A DNA stretch of 64,000 nt from an uncultured Planctomycetota bacterium. GTDB taxonomy: Bacteria > Planctomycetota > Brocadiia > JAADGH01 > CAYPFP01. The notes beneath the pieces were generated by a model. That model made no database searches, was not told the DNA's origin, and saw only the letters and a list, made by a program, of their open reading frames with translations. Both the position numbers and the translations under genes were made by a program. Below, one piece after another: positions 62,257-64,000 of the stretch; the first letter of the stretch is position 1; each line of letters begins with the position of its first letter. The stretch spans positions 64,230-128,229 of the forward strand of contig CAYPFP010000003.1 of assembly GCA_964409935.1 (NCBI GenBank), given 5' to 3'.

Positions 62257-63642
62257 TCAAAGCGACCACGGGGCGCGCCGAGGCCGGTCCAGCCAACGGT
62301 TCGCCTCGTCGTCGCCGACAAACTGTTCTTTCAGGGGGTCCCACTTCAGCGGCCGCTTGAGCCAGTATGCGATGTTGCCCAGATGACAGACCGTCACGGA
62401 ACGGTGACCGATCTCCACGTCGCAGATGGGCCGCTTGCGCGACTTCACGCACTCGATAAAATCGGCGTGGTGGCCCGGACTCTTGTACAGGTGGATTTCG
62501 CCGGGCCGAGTAGGTTCCTTCATGAGGCCTTCAGGCTCGGTGAAGAGCTTGCCGCGATTAACGCTGATCGTGCCTTCCGTGCCGGTGAACAAGACGCCGC
62601 CCGCCTTCCCCGTGTTGCCGCCGTGGCAAACGGGCACGCCGTTGGCGTACTTGAACGTCAGGAGCTTCACGTCCTTGCCGTCCGGGGGCGTGATGTCGAC
62701 CGGACCGCTGCCGTCCATGTCCAACCCCCATTGGGCGATGTCGAAATGATGAGCGCCCCAGTCGGTCATGCTCCCGCCGGAGTAGTCGCGGAAACTGCGC
62801 CAGGCGAAGGGGTGCAGGGCCTTGTTGTAAGGACGCCAGGGAGCAGGGCCGAGCCACATATCCCAGTCCAGACCTTCAGGGATCGGCTCGGCGGGCAGGT
62901 AGCAGTCGGCCGACGGCCCGCCCACGCTCACGTTCACGCTGACCAGGCGGCCGATACGACCGTTGCGGACCATCTCGCAGGCGAAACGAAACTCGCTCGA
63001 AGAACGCTGCTGGCTGCCGGTCTGAAAGACACGGTGATAGCGGCGAACGGCGTTGGCCAGTTCGCGGCCCTCGCGGATGGTGAGCGTAAGGGGCTTTTCG
63101 CAGTAGATGTCCTTGCCGGCCTTCGCCGCGGCAACACCGATGAGGGCGTGCCAATGATCGGGCGTGCCGATCATGACCGTATCAATGTCCTTGCGGTCGA
63201 GCAGGTCGCGGAAATCGTTGTAGGCCTCGCAGCCCTTGAAGGAGCCGGCGGCGGCGTCCTTGGCGTAACGGTCCTCGACCATCTTCCTGGCTTCATCGCG
63301 CATGGAGGCGTCCACGTCGCAGACGGCGACGACCTGCACTTCGGGCCGGCCCATAAACGCGCCCAGGTTCCCCCTGCCCATGCCCCCGACGCCGATGCCG
63401 CCCATGACGATGCGATCGCTCGGCGCAGGACGGCCGTCGGCGCCCAGAGCAGAGGCGGGAATGAATGCCGGAATCGGCACGGCAGCGGCCGCGGCGAGAG
63501 TGGCCGTCGAAGCAACTGCGGACCTCAGGAAGCCCCTCCGCGAGATGCGGCTTGCCCTGAACGCCCCCGACGTCGGGGGCGCGCCCAGCCCGCCAGACGG
63601 ATGGGCGGGCGGGGGCGAGATTCGTTCAGGGCTTGCGGACAT
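62257..63642 (-). CDS. Tat-exported Gfo/Idh/MocA-family oxidoreductase (tandem paralog 1 of 3); N-terminus has REP-B (GAPPTSGA)
   Basis: ATG 63640-63642 with AGAGAGG SD; Tat motif SRRGFLRSAVAS; C-terminus DDEANRWLDRPRRAPWSL. Confidence 0.65.
   Translation of the reverse strand: MSASPERISPPPAHPSGGLGAPPTSGAFRASRISRRGFLRSAVASTATLAAAAAVPIPAFIPASALGADGRPAPSDRIVMGGIGVGGMGRGNLGAFMGRPEVQVVAVCDVDASMRDEARKMVEDRYAKDAAAGSFKGCEAYNDFRDLLDRKDIDTVMIGTPDHWHALIGVAAAKAGKDIYCEKPLTLTIREGRELANAVRRYHRVFQTGSQQRSSSEFRFACEMVRNGRIGRLVSVNVSVGGPSADCYLPAEPIPEGLDWDMWLGPAPWRPYNKALHPFAWRSFRDYSGGSMTDWGAHHFDIAQWGLDMDGSGPVDITPPDGKDVKLLTFKYANGVPVCHGGNTGKAGGVLFTGTEGTISVNRGKLFTEPEGLMKEPTRPGEIHLYKSPGHHADFIECVKSRKRPICDVEIGHRSVTVCHLGNIAYWLKRPLKWDPLKEQFVGDDEANRWLDRPRRAPWSL
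63562..63584. repeat. REP-B, 1 copy in N-terminus of Gfo/Idh/MocA paralog
   Basis: CGCCCCCGACGTCGGGGGCGCGC. Confidence 0.85.
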
Positions 63643-63730
63643 GGTCTGACCTCTCTGTCTTCTCACGGTTTTCTGCCCGCCCGGCTATCCGCCACAGACG
63701 TGCAACGCCAACGTGATAAATTATGAGGGA

Positions 63731-63759
63731 ATTGTACTGATACGCGCCTTCATTTTCAA
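63731..63759 (-). promoter_or_regulatory. near-consensus sigma70-type promoter TTGAAA-N17-TACAAT (minus strand) driving the three Gfo/Idh/MocA paralogs
   Basis: Minus-strand read TTGAAAatgaaggcgcgtatcagTACAAT; ~80 nt upstream of first gene start. Confidence 0.5.
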
Positions 63760-63760
63760 C

Positions 63761-63779
63761 GAAAACCCCGCCTGGGGCG
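63761..63779 (-). terminator. short intrinsic terminator-like hairpin CCCCaggcGGGG + UUUUC after the partial DUF1080 gene
   Basis: 2 nt after stop at 63781-63783; 4-5 bp GC stem only, hence low confidence. Confidence 0.25.
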
Positions 63780-63780
63780 C

Positions 63781-64000
63781 CTACGGCTGCCGGTCCAATT
63801 CCTTCACGCGGATGTTGCGAAACTCCACGTGAGCGCCGTGCCCCATGAAGCCAATGAAGCCCTTGTCGCGTTTCAGGCCGGGATGCTCCTTCTTGTCCAG
63901 AGGTTCGATCTTGGAGATATCGGCGTCCACGATGACAACGCCGTTGAGGGTGACGGTAATGAGCGGCCCGACGGCTTTGATCTCCTCCGAGTTCCACTCG
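63781..64000 (-). CDS. DUF1080 (3-keto-disaccharide hydrolase-like / LamG-type) domain protein, C-terminal fragment (gene runs off window end)
   Basis: Minus-strand frame ...[72 protein letters not shown] with hallmark DUF1080 ending G-H-G[13 protein letters not shown]; stop TAG at 63781-63783. Confidence 0.65.
   Translation of the reverse strand, partial: EWNSEEIKAVGPLITVTLNGVVIVDADISKIEPLDKKEHPGLKRDKGFIGFMGHGAHVEFRNIRVKELDRQP

Noticed and set aside
1-64000. CRISPR arrays, transposases, integrases, phage genes
   Set aside because: No regularly spaced direct repeats with unique spacers. The tandem repeats found are 15-21-nt in-frame units without spacers. No transposase/integrase-like ORFs recognised.

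Overview
64-kb, high-GC (~65%), almost fully coding window. Gene content suggests a PVC-group (Planctomycetota-like) genome: Tat-exported Gfo/Idh/MocA oxidoreductases, DUF1080/LamG-like domains, FGE plus a sulfatase remnant, BNR proteins, many secreted glycoside-hydrolase-like proteins, Ser/Thr kinase. This taxonomic guess is an inference.

Layout:
(1) 1-12.8 kb, minus strand: tight operon-like array of secreted polysaccharide-degrading proteins ending in an SSF symporter (DUF4838-like, (alpha/alpha)-toroid proteins, alpha/beta hydrolase, parallel beta-helix, GH116-like).
(2) 13-17.8 kb: two BNR/sialidase-like paralogs, a sugar-phosphate isomerase/epimerase, a URO-D-family protein.
(3) 18.1-22.0 kb, plus strand: nitrosative-stress module: Rrf2 (NsrR-like) regulator, Fe-S protein, flavodiiron protein, hybrid-cluster protein Hcp, with clean intrinsic terminators.
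(4) 22.1-36.8 kb, minus strand: unusual cluster driven by a near-consensus promoter. Order: Hsp70-family ATPase, giant modular proteins that each start with a conserved HPD-less J-domain-like module and end in DUF1080/LamG-like domains, a Ser/Thr kinase of the same architecture, MotA/ExbB-like channel, two atypical coiled-coil ExbD-like proteins, FGE-family enzyme. Two gene pairs in this cluster overlap out of frame by 100-500 nt. Frameshifts are suspected; poly-G tracts in the overlaps are candidate sites.
(5) tRNA-Arg(TCG) and a DUF296 gene.
(6) 37.6-48.7 kb, plus strand: ABC exporter, nucleotidyltransferase, sulfatase C-terminal remnant, GH42-like lipoprotein, small hypothetical, GH78 rhamnosidase, DMT transporter, HAD hydrolase.
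(7) 48.8-56.1 kb, minus strand: ApbE translationally coupled to a GT39-like glycosyltransferase, discoidin protein, then an operon of Tat-exported Gfo/Idh/MocA oxidoreductase + heptahaem cytochrome c + cytochrome b.
(8) 56.2-64 kb: HEAT-repeat/LamG giant protein, three tandem Tat-Gfo/Idh/MocA paralogs behind a strong promoter, partial DUF1080 gene.

Most striking: two families of short hairpin/palindromic repeats inserted in-frame in many coding sequences. REP-A (GCGTCGCTGGTACGACGCGCC) occurs at 5 loci and only in 0-30 kb. REP-B (iterated palindrome CCCGACGTCGGG) occurs at 11 loci and only in 40.7-63.6 kb. There is also a 27-nt exact repeat, a 15-mer VNTR, and a ~130-nt gene-conversion tract. 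No CRISPR array, transposase or integrase seen.
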